A DNA stretch of 64,000 bases from Candidatus Aminicenantales bacterium (lineage in GTDB: Bacteria > Acidobacteriota > Aminicenantia > Aminicenantales > Saccharicenantaceae): NCBI GenBank assembly GCA_049512315.1, contig JBEKXF010000005.1, positions 62,001-126,000 of the forward strand. Reading direction: 5' to 3'. The notes below the pieces were generated by a model that did not search any database, was not told the origin of the DNA, and worked only from the letters and a program-made list of their open reading frames with translations. Every line of letters starts with the position of its first letter. Within the stretch, counting starts at the first letter, position 1. Position numbers and translations under genes: made by a program. Below are positions 36,961-46,015 of the stretch, one piece after another.

Positions 36961-38202
36961 TCACGCGCCTTCCGGGCGTATCTTGCCCGCCATCTTCATC
37001 CGGGATGGGACGAACGGGATCGGCCTGGCCTTCAGGAGCATGTTCCAGTAGATCCAGCGGAAGGCCAGCTTGCCCAGGTGATTGAGGCGGCTCGGCTTGA
37101 GCAGCGGCATCGGGCCGATCTTCGGAAAGGGGAAGTGTCCCGGGAGCGGCTCGGTCTCATAATTGAAATCGATCAGGATGGCTTTGCGCCGGCCCGTCTC
37201 GATGAAGCAGTTGGAATGGCCGTCGAAGTCCGGCTCCAGGGGTTTCCCCTCGATCGCCCGGAAGATGTTTTCCGCGAGGATCTCGGACTCGAAATGGGCG
37301 ACGGACCCCGCCTTGGAAGCGGAGACATTCGAGGCGTCGCCGATGACGAAGATGTTCTCATGGGATTTGGACCGGAGCGTCTTCGGGTCCGTGGGGACGT
37401 AGCGGAGCTCGTCCCCCATCCCCGATCGCTCGATGACCTCCGAGCCCATGTTCGTCGGGACCGTGACCAGGAGGTCGTAGGGGACTTCGCGCCCATCGTA
37501 GGAGACCATTTTTTTGGCGGAGGCATCGATCCGTTCGGCGCTGAAATCCGTCACGGTCCGGATCTTCCTCTCCTCGAGGAGCGTCCCCAGGGCTTTCGAG
37601 GCGACGGGCTTGGTGAAGGCGCCGGAGAGAGGCGTGACGTAGATGAGTTCGACCGCCTCGCGCCGGTGATGGCGGCGGAGGCACCAGTCGCAGAAAAAGG
37701 CGAACTCCAGGGGCGCGACGGGGCATTTGATGGGCATCTCGTTGACATGGATGACGAGCCGGCCGCCGGGGAAGGACTTGAGCTTCCCGGCCAGGGCCGT
37801 GGCCCCGTCGGCGGTGTAGAAATCGAAGATCGTGTCCCGCCAGCCGTCGAGCATTCCGGGGGTCTCTTGCGGGGCGATCTCGGCCCCGGTCGCGATGATC
37901 AGGAAATCGTAGGGGACGCGGCGGCCGCGTCCGAGGACGACGGCGTTCCCGGCCGGGTCAATCCGTTCGATCTCGGCGACGATGAACTCGACGCCCCGGG
38001 GGAGGAATTTCGATCTTTCCTTGAGGATGTCGTCCTTGGTGTAGAACCCGAAGGGGATGAACAGGAACCCCGGCTGGTAGTAGTGGTCATTGTCCTTATC
38101 GATGACCGTGACCGACCATTCCGCTTTGTCCAGGCGCCTGTGGAGGAGGTTGGCCATGATCGTTCCTCCCGTGCCGGCGCCAAGGATGACGATTTTTTTC
38201 AT
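36961..38202 (-). CDS. sqr: Sulfide:quinone oxidoreductase (type III-like)
   Basis: GAGTGG, YQPGFL, IKCPVAP.E, IGDA....SKAGS.AH, FDGH.NCFIETG; start set at MKKIVILG. Confidence 0.88.
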   Translation of the reverse strand: MKKIVILGAGTGGTIMANLLHRRLDKAEWSVTVIDKDNDHYYQPGFLFIPFGFYTKDDILKERSKFLPRGVEFIVAEIERIDPAGNAVVLGRGRRVPYDFLIIATGAEIAPQETPGMLDGWRDTIFDFYTADGATALAGKLKSFPGGRLVIHVNEMPIKCPVAPLEFAFFCDWCLRRHHRREAVELIYVTPLSGAFTKPVASKALGTLLEERKIRTVTDFSAERIDASAKKMVSYDGREVPYDLLVTVPTNMGSEVIERSGMGDELRYVPTDPKTLRSKSHENIFVIGDASNVSASKAGSVAHFESEILAENIFRAIEGKPLEPDFDGHSNCFIETGRRKAILIDFNYETEPLPGHFPFPKIGPMPLLKPSRLNHLGKLAFRWIYWNMLLKARPIPFVPSRMKMAGKIRPEGA

Positions 38203-39314
38203 GGCTGTCCTTTGAATATCTCGGCCCGCATCGAGGCCTTCGCGATCCGCTCCTCGACCGGGTTGACGCCGATCCCCGGCCCGTCCGGGACGCGGACGCG
38301 GCCCGGGCCGCTCAGTTCGATCGCGGGGTCGATGATATCTTCCTTGTAATAGCGCCGGCTCGCCGAAAGGTCGGCCGGGAGCTTGAAATCCGGGAGCGAG
38401 GCGATGTGGAGGTTGTGGGCCCGGCCGATCCCGCTCTCGAGCATGCCCCCGCACCAGACCGGGATGCCGTGCGCCTCGCAATGGTCGTGGATCCGGCGCA
38501 TCTCGACGGGCCCGCCGACGCGGCCGACTTTGATGTTGATGATCCGGCAGCTTCCCATCTCGAGCGCGGCCCGGGTCGTGTCGAGCGACAAGATGCTCTC
38601 GTCGAGGCAAAGCGGCGTCTTCATCTCCCGCTGGAGCTTAGCGTGGTCCCACAGGTCGTACGGCGGGAAGGGCTGTTCGACCAGGAGGAGATTGTAGGCG
38701 TCGAGGGCCTTGAGCGTTTCCTTGTCCTCCAGCCGGTACGCGCCATTGGCGTCGGCCTGGAGCATGATGTCGGGAAATTTCCGGCGCACGGCTTCGCACG
38801 CCTTCGTGTCCCAGCCCGGCTTGATCTTGATCTTGATCCGCCGATAGCCCTGGTCGAGGTATTGGCCGATCCTGGCCACGAGGTCCGGGAGGGAGTCCTC
38901 GATGCCGCAGCTCACCCCCGCCTCAATTTCCTTCCGCACGCCCCCGTAAAGCGCGTGGAGCGGCCGGCCCAGCTTCTTCGCCTTGAGGTCCCACAGGGCG
39001 AGCTCGAGCCCCGCCTTGGCCATGCGGTTCCCCCGGAAGATCCCGGCTTCGCGGGCGAAGTCCCCGGGCTCCTCGAGGCCCTTCCGGAAAACGAGGGGAA
39101 TGAGGAAATCCTTCAGGATATGCCAGGCGGTCTCGGTCGTCTCGCTGCCGTAAAGGGGGGCTTCCTCGGCGACGCACTCGCCATAGCCGCAGACCCCGCC
39201 GGAGAAGGCCTTGATGATGATGAATGTCCGGTCGAACGCCCGGCCGAACGACGTCTCGAAGAAATGGACGTAGGGCAGCCGCAAGAGCGACATCTCGATC
39301 CGTTCAATGCTCAT
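38199..39314 (-). CDS. menC: o-Succinylbenzoate synthase / N-acylamino acid racemase (enolase superfamily)
   Basis: FETSFG, KIKIKPG, DAN, EQP, LDES, NIK.GRVGG, WCGGMLESGIGR. Confidence 0.88.
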   Translation of the reverse strand: MSIERIEMSLLRLPYVHFFETSFGRAFDRTFIIIKAFSGGVCGYGECVAEEAPLYGSETTETAWHILKDFLIPLVFRKGLEEPGDFAREAGIFRGNRMAKAGLELALWDLKAKKLGRPLHALYGGVRKEIEAGVSCGIEDSLPDLVARIGQYLDQGYRRIKIKIKPGWDTKACEAVRRKFPDIMLQADANGAYRLEDKETLKALDAYNLLLVEQPFPPYDLWDHAKLQREMKTPLCLDESILSLDTTRAALEMGSCRIINIKVGRVGGPVEMRRIHDHCEAHGIPVWCGGMLESGIGRAHNLHIASLPDFKLPADLSASRRYYKEDIIDPAIELSGPGRVRVPDGPGIGVNPVEERIAKASMRAEIFKGQP

Positions 39315-39372
39315 ACTTTCGTTAGGACGGCGTCCTCTTGGTTATAGACGACCTGCTGGATACGGACGAGCT

Positions 39373-40470
39373 TCAGCCAAGCTTGACGCCTTTCTGCGAA
39401 GCCAGGCGCTCGTAGACGGCGATGACCTTCCGGGCCATCGCTTCGGCCGAATATTTTTCCCGGACGGCCTCGGCGCCGCGCTGGGCCAGGCGGGCCGCCA
39501 GGTTTCTGTCCAAGTAGAGCTTCAGGACGGCCTCGGCCAGGGACCGCGGGTCCCGGGGAGGCGCGAGGAGCCCGGTTTCCCGGTGGACGATGACGTCCGG
39601 AGCCCCCCCGGTCTCCGCGGCCACGACCGGGACCCGGCAGGCCATGGCGTCGAGGAGAGAGCCGCCGAAGCCGATCAGGGGCGAAGTCGTGACGAAAACG
39701 TCCAACGAGGCCAGGACCCGGGCGATGTCCGAGCGGAAGCCGAGGTAATAGACGGCGTCGTTCTCGGGGAGGTCGTGGCCCTTCTTGTCCGGCTCCAGCC
39801 GGAGCGAGCCTTCGCCGAGGATGATGACCTTCGCTTTCGGGGCATGCTCCCGGATGACGACGGCGGCCTCGATGACCTCGCGATAGCTCCGGGGATCCTC
39901 CAGGCCGGCCACCACGCCGACCAGGAAATCGTCCGGGGCGAAAGAGAATTCCTTCCGGAGAAAGTCCCGCGGCCCGATGTTCTCATAAGACGAGAAATCG
40001 ATCCCTGCTGGGATGACCTCGACGGACCCTTCGGCGAGTCCGCCTCGGACGAGGACGGTCCTGACGCCCTCGGAGCCGGCGATGACCATATCGATGTTCC
40101 TCGCCGGCGACCGCCCCTGTCGGCCTCCGGGGTCGGTCTGCCTTGTCAGGACGCGGATGGGCACCTTGGCCAGGGACGCCGCCGGCGACCCGACGGCCAG
40201 GGCCGGGGCATCATGGAAGTGGACGAGGACGCAGCGGCCCCGCTTCATGGCCCCCGCCACCCGCAGGATGGCGCCGAGGCTCCGCCCGCCGGGCATCCTG
40301 ACGGCGATGAGGGGAAGCCCTTCGGCGGCGGCCTTCTCGTGGAGGGGGCTTTCCGGTTGGACCACGAGCCTGGAGACGAAGCCCCTCGCCCTGACCTCGC
40401 GGGCCAGGATGAGGGCCTGGCGTTCCGTGCCGCTCCATTCCCGGCCGGCGTCAATATGGAAAAGGCTCAA
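39373..40470 (-). CDS. GT4 glycosyltransferase
   Basis: W.G.ERQ N-terminus, GFR.D, DVFV..S...FG..LLDAMA..VPVVA...GG. Confidence 0.88.
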   Translation of the reverse strand: MSLFHIDAGREWSGTERQALILAREVRARGFVSRLVVQPESPLHEKAAAEGLPLIAVRMPGGRSLGAILRVAGAMKRGRCVLVHFHDAPALAVGSPAASLAKVPIRVLTRQTDPGGRQGRSPARNIDMVIAGSEGVRTVLVRGGLAEGSVEVIPAGIDFSSYENIGPRDFLRKEFSFAPDDFLVGVVAGLEDPRSYREVIEAAVVIREHAPKAKVIILGEGSLRLEPDKKGHDLPENDAVYYLGFRSDIARVLASLDVFVTTSPLIGFGGSLLDAMACRVPVVAAETGGAPDVIVHRETGLLAPPRDPRSLAEAVLKLYLDRNLAARLAQRGAEAVREKYSAEAMARKVIAVYERLASQKGVKLG

Positions 40471-41224
40471 TGTGCTTTCCTTTTTTCCAGATCGAGCGGA
40501 GCTTGACCTGGCGGAGGAAGAGGGAATAGCCGTCGAGGCCCGCGATCACGAGCCCGGCGAAGCCGTCGAGGAACCCGAGCTTCAGGACATAGGTCACGAG
40601 GAAGCGGAGGGGCGGCAGGACGGCCATGGAGAGGATGCGGCCCTTTTTCCGGCGGGCGTAGAGCTTCTGGGCCGCCAGACCCGAGAACTTGTTGACCCTG
40701 GCCGCGTGTTCGCCGATCGTCTCGAAGGGGAAGTGATGGACGGGCCCGCGGAGCTTTTCGACGTCCCCGTCGACGACAAGCCGCTCATGGACGTAGTCCC
40801 CCTCCCAGCGGGCCCGGTCCCGGCGGAAGAGGCGCACCCGCCGGTCCGGGCGCCAGCCCGAATGACGGATCCAACGGCCGAGGTAATAAGCCTCGCGCGG
40901 GACGGAGAACCCGGCGCAGGCCGGCTCCTTCCCGCGGAGCTTCAAGAGCTCGTCCCGGAGGGCCGGAGAGAGGCGCTCGTCGGCGTCGAGCGAGAGGATC
41001 CAGGAGAAGGAGGCCAGCTTGTCGGCGTGGTTTTTCTGATCGGCGTAGTGAGTCCAAGCGCGCTCGTAGACCCGATCGGTGTACTTGCGGGCGATCTTGA
41101 GCGTGTCGTCCGCGCTGAAGCTGTCGACGACGATGATCTCGGAGGCGACCCCCCCGAGGCTCCGGAGCGCGGCCTCGAGCCGTTTCTCCTCGTTGAAGGT
41201 GATGATGACCGCGGAGATTTCCAC
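40451..41224 (-). CDS. GT2 glycosyltransferase (WaaE/KdtX-like)
   Basis: IIT.NEE, VVDS.S.D.T, LDADE, GW.PD...RLF, VHE, GFLDG..G. Confidence 0.9.
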   Translation of the reverse strand: MEISAVIITFNEEKRLEAALRSLGGVASEIIVVDSFSADDTLKIARKYTDRVYERAWTHYADQKNHADKLASFSWILSLDADERLSPALRDELLKLRGKEPACAGFSVPREAYYLGRWIRHSGWRPDRRVRLFRRDRARWEGDYVHERLVVDGDVEKLRGPVHHFPFETIGEHAARVNKFSGLAAQKLYARRKKGRILSMAVLPPLRFLVTYVLKLGFLDGFAGLVIAGLDGYSLFLRQVKLRSIWKKGKHIEPFPY

Positions 41225-41359
41225 GCGGTCATCTTAGCACACGGGAAAAAAGCAAGGCAAGCCGTGGGCGACCATTCCTTTCGAGTCATTGCGAGGAGAA
41301 GGAACAATCCCCCTGGGAGGGGACCGCGGCTCAGGTCTTGCCGAAAAGCGTTCCCTCGC

Positions 41360-42916
41360 TTACCTGATATAGTCGCTCAGAGTGATATTGCGGGTTTCGA
41401 GGGTCGAGCCCGTGACCTTGGCGATGTTCGCCATGGCCACGTTGTAGTCGACGAGGGCCTTCAGCTCCAAGGACCGGGCGCTGGACAGGGCGTCCTGGTA
41501 GGTGAGGACGAAGTAGTTCGTCGACAGTCCAACGCTGAGCTTCTTCATCTCGGCGTCGAGCTGCTTTTCGGCGAGCTCCCGGGCCACGCGATAGGCGTCC
41601 ACGCTCTTGGACGCCGTCTCCAGGCTCAGGACCGCGTCGCTGACCTCGAGGGCGATCTGCTGCTCCTCGTTCTTGAGGCGGGCCTGGCTCTGCTCGAGAT
41701 CGAGCCTGGCGTAGGCATAATTGGCCCGGCCGACCATGTCGCCGAAGGGGATAGACAGGGTCAGCCCGACCGACCAGTTATTGTAGAGGAACTTGAAAGC
41801 GTCCCGGAGGGCCTGCGAGGGGTTGCCTTTTTCAACGCCGATCGGGGCCAGGAAAGGGTTGTTGTCCTGATAGATGATCTTGTCGCCCGCGATGCCGGGG
41901 CTCCCCTTGCTGAGCTTCAGGTCGAGCTGCGGCAGGAGCTGGTTGCGGGCGACCGCGAAATTGATGTGCTTCGTATCGACCGCATATTTCGCGGACTCGA
42001 GCTCCGGCCTCCTGGCCATCGCCTTTTGAAGGGCCTCCTCGTACGTGATCTGGAGTGGCTTGAGGGTGGGTTTGTCGGCCGGCACGACGAGCCGGCCCTT
42101 GGCCCCTTCGTCCGCGCCCAGGTTGAGGAGGGTGCCGAGCTGGTCCCGGCTGCGCCTAACCATGGCTTCGGCCTGGAGGATGTCGGCCTCCCTCCGGGCC
42201 ACGGTCGCCTCGGCGTTGAGGACCTCGATCGGCGCCTTCTGCCCGACCTCGACCTCCTTTTTCGTCTTGGCGAGGAGGTCCCGCCCGAGGTCGAGGGACT
42301 GCTGGAGGGCCTTCAGATTCTCAATGGAATAGACGAGGTTCCAGTAGGCCGCCTCGACGGAGTAGACCGTGTTGATCAGGGTCGTCTTGAACTGGCTGCG
42401 CGAGATGTCGAGGGAATACTGGGCCACGATGATCTGCCTGCGGCTGACCTTCCAGCCGAAGTTCCGGAGCAGCGGCTGGGTCAGGGCGAAGCTCAGGTTG
42501 CCCGTATACGACGGGTTGTAGTTTTGGAACAGCTGGTTATTTCTGGTCCAGTTGTAGTCCAGGCCCACGTTAAAATTTCCGCCGAATGGAATCTGCTGGA
42601 CGAGGGAGAGGTTGGAGTCCGTGTATTTCTGGACATACGTGCCCGAGTTCTGGAGGGACCAGGTCGAGGGCTGTTCATAGCGGTTGCCCGTGAAACCGAC
42701 CCCCAACGTCGGCATATAGAATTGCCTGGCCTCGGAGAGCGTCGCCCCGGCCAGCTCGGGGCTGATGACCTCGGCGGCCACGTTGAGGTTGTTCTTCAGG
42801 GCTTTGACGATAGAATCCTCCAGGGTCAGGGACAGCTCTTTGGTCTCCTGCCCGAACGAGAAAAGGCCGAGGAGGGCCAGGGTGAGAAACATCGCGCTGA
42901 ACGATCGCTTGTTCAT
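41360..42916 (-). CDS. TolC-family outer-membrane channel
   Basis: Signal peptide, LTLED.I..AL.NN, TQPLLR.FG, RPEL, LPQLDL and two OEP repeats. Confidence 0.9.
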   Translation of the reverse strand: MNKRSFSAMFLTLALLGLFSFGQETKELSLTLEDSIVKALKNNLNVAAEVISPELAGATLSEARQFYMPTLGVGFTGNRYEQPSTWSLQNSGTYVQKYTDSNLSLVQQIPFGGNFNVGLDYNWTRNNQLFQNYNPSYTGNLSFALTQPLLRNFGWKVSRRQIIVAQYSLDISRSQFKTTLINTVYSVEAAYWNLVYSIENLKALQQSLDLGRDLLAKTKKEVEVGQKAPIEVLNAEATVARREADILQAEAMVRRSRDQLGTLLNLGADEGAKGRLVVPADKPTLKPLQITYEEALQKAMARRPELESAKYAVDTKHINFAVARNQLLPQLDLKLSKGSPGIAGDKIIYQDNNPFLAPIGVEKGNPSQALRDAFKFLYNNWSVGLTLSIPFGDMVGRANYAYARLDLEQSQARLKNEEQQIALEVSDAVLSLETASKSVDAYRVARELAEKQLDAEMKKLSVGLSTNYFVLTYQDALSSARSLELKALVDYNVAMANIAKVTGSTLETRNITLSDYIR

Positions 42917-43032
42917 GTCATTCCTCCAAAGCGATGACTTTTCGCCAGAATGCCAGTCTAGCAGATTCGAGAAGGGGCGCAAAACGACGCCCTCTAAGAT
43001 ATATACGTATTTTCACGGCTTTCGTTTCGCTT

Positions 43033-44421
43033 TCATTCGGGCCAACGGATCCGGAGAATGGTCATCTTGTTGAACAGGGTCTTGCGGCTCACCCCGAGGA
43101 GCCGGGCCGCCCGGGTCCGGTTCCCCCCGGTCTGCCGCAGGGCGTCGAGGATGAGCTCCCTCTCCGTCCGCTCGGCGACGCCCTGGACGGTCTCCCGCAG
43201 CGCCTGGGGGGGCCGGGCCGGAGGATGGGCCCCCCCCGTCTCCGCCGCCGGGGAGCGGAGCCGCGAGGGCAGCGCCCGCTCGTCCACCCGGGGGCCGTCG
43301 GCCATGACCATGGCCTCGTAGATCACGTTCTCGAGCTCGCGGACGTTCCCGGGCCAGGGATACGCGGCGAGGCGGGCCATCACCGCGGCCGTCACCCCGC
43401 TGGCCTCTTTCCCGAGCTCCCCCGCGTATTTCCGGACGAAGTGTTCGGCCAGGAGCGGAATGTCCTCCGCCCTGTCCCGGAGCGGCGGAAGCTCAAGCGA
43501 CAGGACGGCCAGCCGGAAATATAGGTCCTCCCGGAAGGCGCCCTTCCGGACCTGCTCTTCGAGGTTCTTGTTCGTAGCCGCGATGACCCGGACGTCGACC
43601 GGGATCGTCGCCGTCCCGCCGACCTTGACGATCTCCCTCTCGCCCAGGGCCCGGAGGAGCTTGACCTGGGCGTCCTGGGAGAGCTCCCCGACCTCGTCGA
43701 GGAAGATCGTCCCTTTGTGGGCCAGCTCGAACTTGCCCGTCTTTTCGGTCCGGGCGTCCGTGAAGGCCCCTTTGACATGGCCGAAGAATTCGCTCTCGAT
43801 GAGGTCCCGGGGGATGGCGCCGCAGTTGACCACGACGAACGGGCCGTCCTTGCGGGGGCTGGCGAAATGGATGGCCCGGGCGACGAGCTCCTTGCCGGTC
43901 CCGCTCTCGCCCGTGACGAGGACCGTCCCGTCGACCCGCGACATCTTTTCCATGAGCTGGAAGACCGAGTTCATCCGGCCGCTCGTCCCGACGATGTTCG
44001 AGAAACGGTAGCGCGAGACGAGCTCCGACCGCAGGCTCTCGACTTCCTTCCGGAGGGTCTTGACCTCGAGGATCCGGGCCACGGCCAGGAGCATCTCCTC
44101 GTTGTCCACGGGTTTCTCGAGGTAGGCGTAGGCGCCGAGCTTGGTGGCCTCGACGGCGCTCCGGATCGTCCCGTAGGCGGTGACGATGATGATCCCCGTC
44201 CCGGGGTGATCCGCCCTGAGCCGGGCCAGGACGTCGAGCCCGGAGAGGTCGGGGAGGTTCATGTCGAGCAGGATGACGTCGGGCTCGAGGAGCCGGGCTT
44301 CTTCGACCCCCGCTTCCCCGGCCTCCGCCGTCCCGACCTCGTATCCGTGGTCCTCGAGGAGCAGGGAAAAGACGTCGCGGATGTTCTTCTCGTCGTCGAT
44401 GATCAGGATCCTGGGCTTCAT
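43033..44421 (-). CDS. NtrC-family sigma54-dependent response regulator
   Basis: Receiver domain (IIDDE...LLD), GESGTGKE, GAFTDA, WPGNVRELEN, Fis-type HTH. Confidence 0.96.
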   Translation of the reverse strand: MKPRILIIDDEKNIRDVFSLLLEDHGYEVGTAEAGEAGVEEARLLEPDVILLDMNLPDLSGLDVLARLRADHPGTGIIIVTAYGTIRSAVEATKLGAYAYLEKPVDNEEMLLAVARILEVKTLRKEVESLRSELVSRYRFSNIVGTSGRMNSVFQLMEKMSRVDGTVLVTGESGTGKELVARAIHFASPRKDGPFVVVNCGAIPRDLIESEFFGHVKGAFTDARTEKTGKFELAHKGTIFLDEVGELSQDAQVKLLRALGEREIVKVGGTATIPVDVRVIAATNKNLEEQVRKGAFREDLYFRLAVLSLELPPLRDRAEDIPLLAEHFVRKYAGELGKEASGVTAAVMARLAAYPWPGNVRELENVIYEAMVMADGPRVDERALPSRLRSPAAETGGAHPPARPPQALRETVQGVAERTERELILDALRQTGGNRTRAARLLGVSRKTLFNKMTILRIRWPE

Positions 44422-44437
44422 GCGGGGTCTCCCTTTC

Positions 44438-45682
44438 TCAGGCCGCGGGGAGCGTCACGAGGACGGTCGTCCCTTCGCCGACGCGGCTCCTCACCTCGAT
44501 CTCCCCCTGGTGCGATTTGACGACGCTGTAGCAGATCGACAGGCCCAGCCCCGTCCCGCCCTTTTTCGTCGTGAAAAATGGGTCGTAGATCTTGTCCATA
44601 TTCTCCTCCGGGATGCCCTCGCCCGTGTCGATGATCCGGGTCAGGATCTTCCCGTTGGCCAGGGGCAGGATCTCGCAGACGAGCTTGCCCCCGCCTTCCA
44701 TGGCCTGGATGGCATTGAGGAAAATATTGAGGAAGAGCTGCTTGACCTGGGACTTGTCCCCGTTGAGGAAGACCGGCCCGGCCGGGAACTTCGTCTCCAC
44801 CTCGACCCCGGCGGAGCGGGCCTGGAAGGAGATCAGGGCCAGGCTTTCCTCGAGGGTCACACCCAGGTCCACCTGTTCTTTTTTTATATCGGACGGCCGC
44901 GAGAACGATAGGAGCGCGGCCAGGATCTCGTCGATCCGGTCGGTCTCCTGGAGGGCGATCGCGAGGAGCTTCTTCTCCTTCTCTTCCTGGAAGCGGCTCT
45001 CCAGGTACTGGAGGGAGGACTTGATGGCGGTCAGCGGGTTCCGGATCTCGTGGGCGGCGCCCGCGGCGAGCTCGCCGATCGTCGCCAGCCGGTCGGCCCG
45101 GATCATCCGCCGGAACCTCTCCCGCTGCTCCTTGTAGAGCATGGCGTTTTCAAGGGCGATGCCGGCCTGGGGCGTCAGCGATCCGATGAAGGCCATCTCC
45201 GGCCTGGAAAAATCTCCCGGAGGCGTTTTCGGCCCGACGCAGAGGATGCCGATCAGCCGGTTCATGGACAGGAGCGGGTAGCAGAGCTCGAAGCCGAAAG
45301 TCCGGAAGATGTCCCGTTCTCTCTCGCCCAGGAAATCGAAGACGCCGGGCTGGCTCCGGACCTGGAGATAGGTCTTGTTGATCTTGAGCCACTTGGCCAA
45401 GTGGTCCTGGGGCGAGAAGGCCAGGGCCTTGAGACGGGCCTCGTCGATGCCGGTCGCCGCCGAGACCCGGAACTGGGTCAGGTCGTTATCGTAGATGAAG
45501 AAAGCCAGGACCTCGACGGGGACCGCTTCTCTGACCGTGCCCAGGAAGTTGAGGGCGATCTGGTCGAAGTCCTCGATGAGGTTCAGGCTTTCGGCGAACT
45601 CCCGGAAGATCAGGCGCGTCTCGCCCTCGGCGACCTTCCCGCGCGCCGGCTTGGTCTTCGAAGGACGGAAAATCGCGCTCAT
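44438..45682 (-). CDS. Cytoplasmic GAF-domain sensor histidine kinase
   Basis: GAF-like N-terminus ending GIALENA, AHEIRNPL, N box, DTGEGI, FFTTK..GTGLGL; no TM segment. Confidence 0.93.
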   Translation of the reverse strand: MSAIFRPSKTKPARGKVAEGETRLIFREFAESLNLIEDFDQIALNFLGTVREAVPVEVLAFFIYDNDLTQFRVSAATGIDEARLKALAFSPQDHLAKWLKINKTYLQVRSQPGVFDFLGERERDIFRTFGFELCYPLLSMNRLIGILCVGPKTPPGDFSRPEMAFIGSLTPQAGIALENAMLYKEQRERFRRMIRADRLATIGELAAGAAHEIRNPLTAIKSSLQYLESRFQEEKEKKLLAIALQETDRIDEILAALLSFSRPSDIKKEQVDLGVTLEESLALISFQARSAGVEVETKFPAGPVFLNGDKSQVKQLFLNIFLNAIQAMEGGGKLVCEILPLANGKILTRIIDTGEGIPEENMDKIYDPFFTTKKGGTGLGLSICYSVVKSHQGEIEVRSRVGEGTTVLVTLPAA

Positions 45683-45752
45683 GAACTCATGCTTTTGCCG
45701 TCAGAATGATACAAGGATACAGGAATCCGGGGAATTTGTAAAAGCAGCCGAC

Positions 45753-45800
45753 TGGGTAATTTGGGTAACACATTTCCCATTTTTGGGTAACGATGGTAAC
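45753..45800. promoter_or_regulatory. Candidate upstream activator (enhancer) sites
   Basis: Repeated TGGGTAA/TGGTAA, including TTCCCA-N4-TGGGTAA, about 170-215 bp upstream of the sigma54 site. Confidence 0.5.
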
Positions 45801-45967
45801 ATTTGCAGTCATTTTAATCTCTGTCTGTTCGATATAGGATCCTATCATTAGGCAATCCTATTGCAATAATCGGGCCGAATTCGGCAGGCGCTGAGCTGAG
45901 GGGGGCGGACGGAGGAAAAAAACCAGGACCGTCCCTATTTCTCTTTCTCGTGGCGTGAATAGGAGTT

Positions 45968-45983
45968 TGGCACTAGAATTGCA
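45968..45983 (+). promoter_or_regulatory. Sigma54 (-24/-12) promoter
   Basis: TGGCAC-TAGAA-TTGCA with GG and GC separated by 10 nt; divergent from the sigma54 activator. Confidence 0.9.
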
Positions 45984-46015
45984 AGTATGGAAGTGACACC
46001 CTTGGAGGGATACGC

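Noticed and set aside
41285..41312. GTCATTGCGAGGAG...CAATCCC fragment resembling a known REP-type repeat
   Set aside because: Single, truncated and degenerate copy; too weak to call
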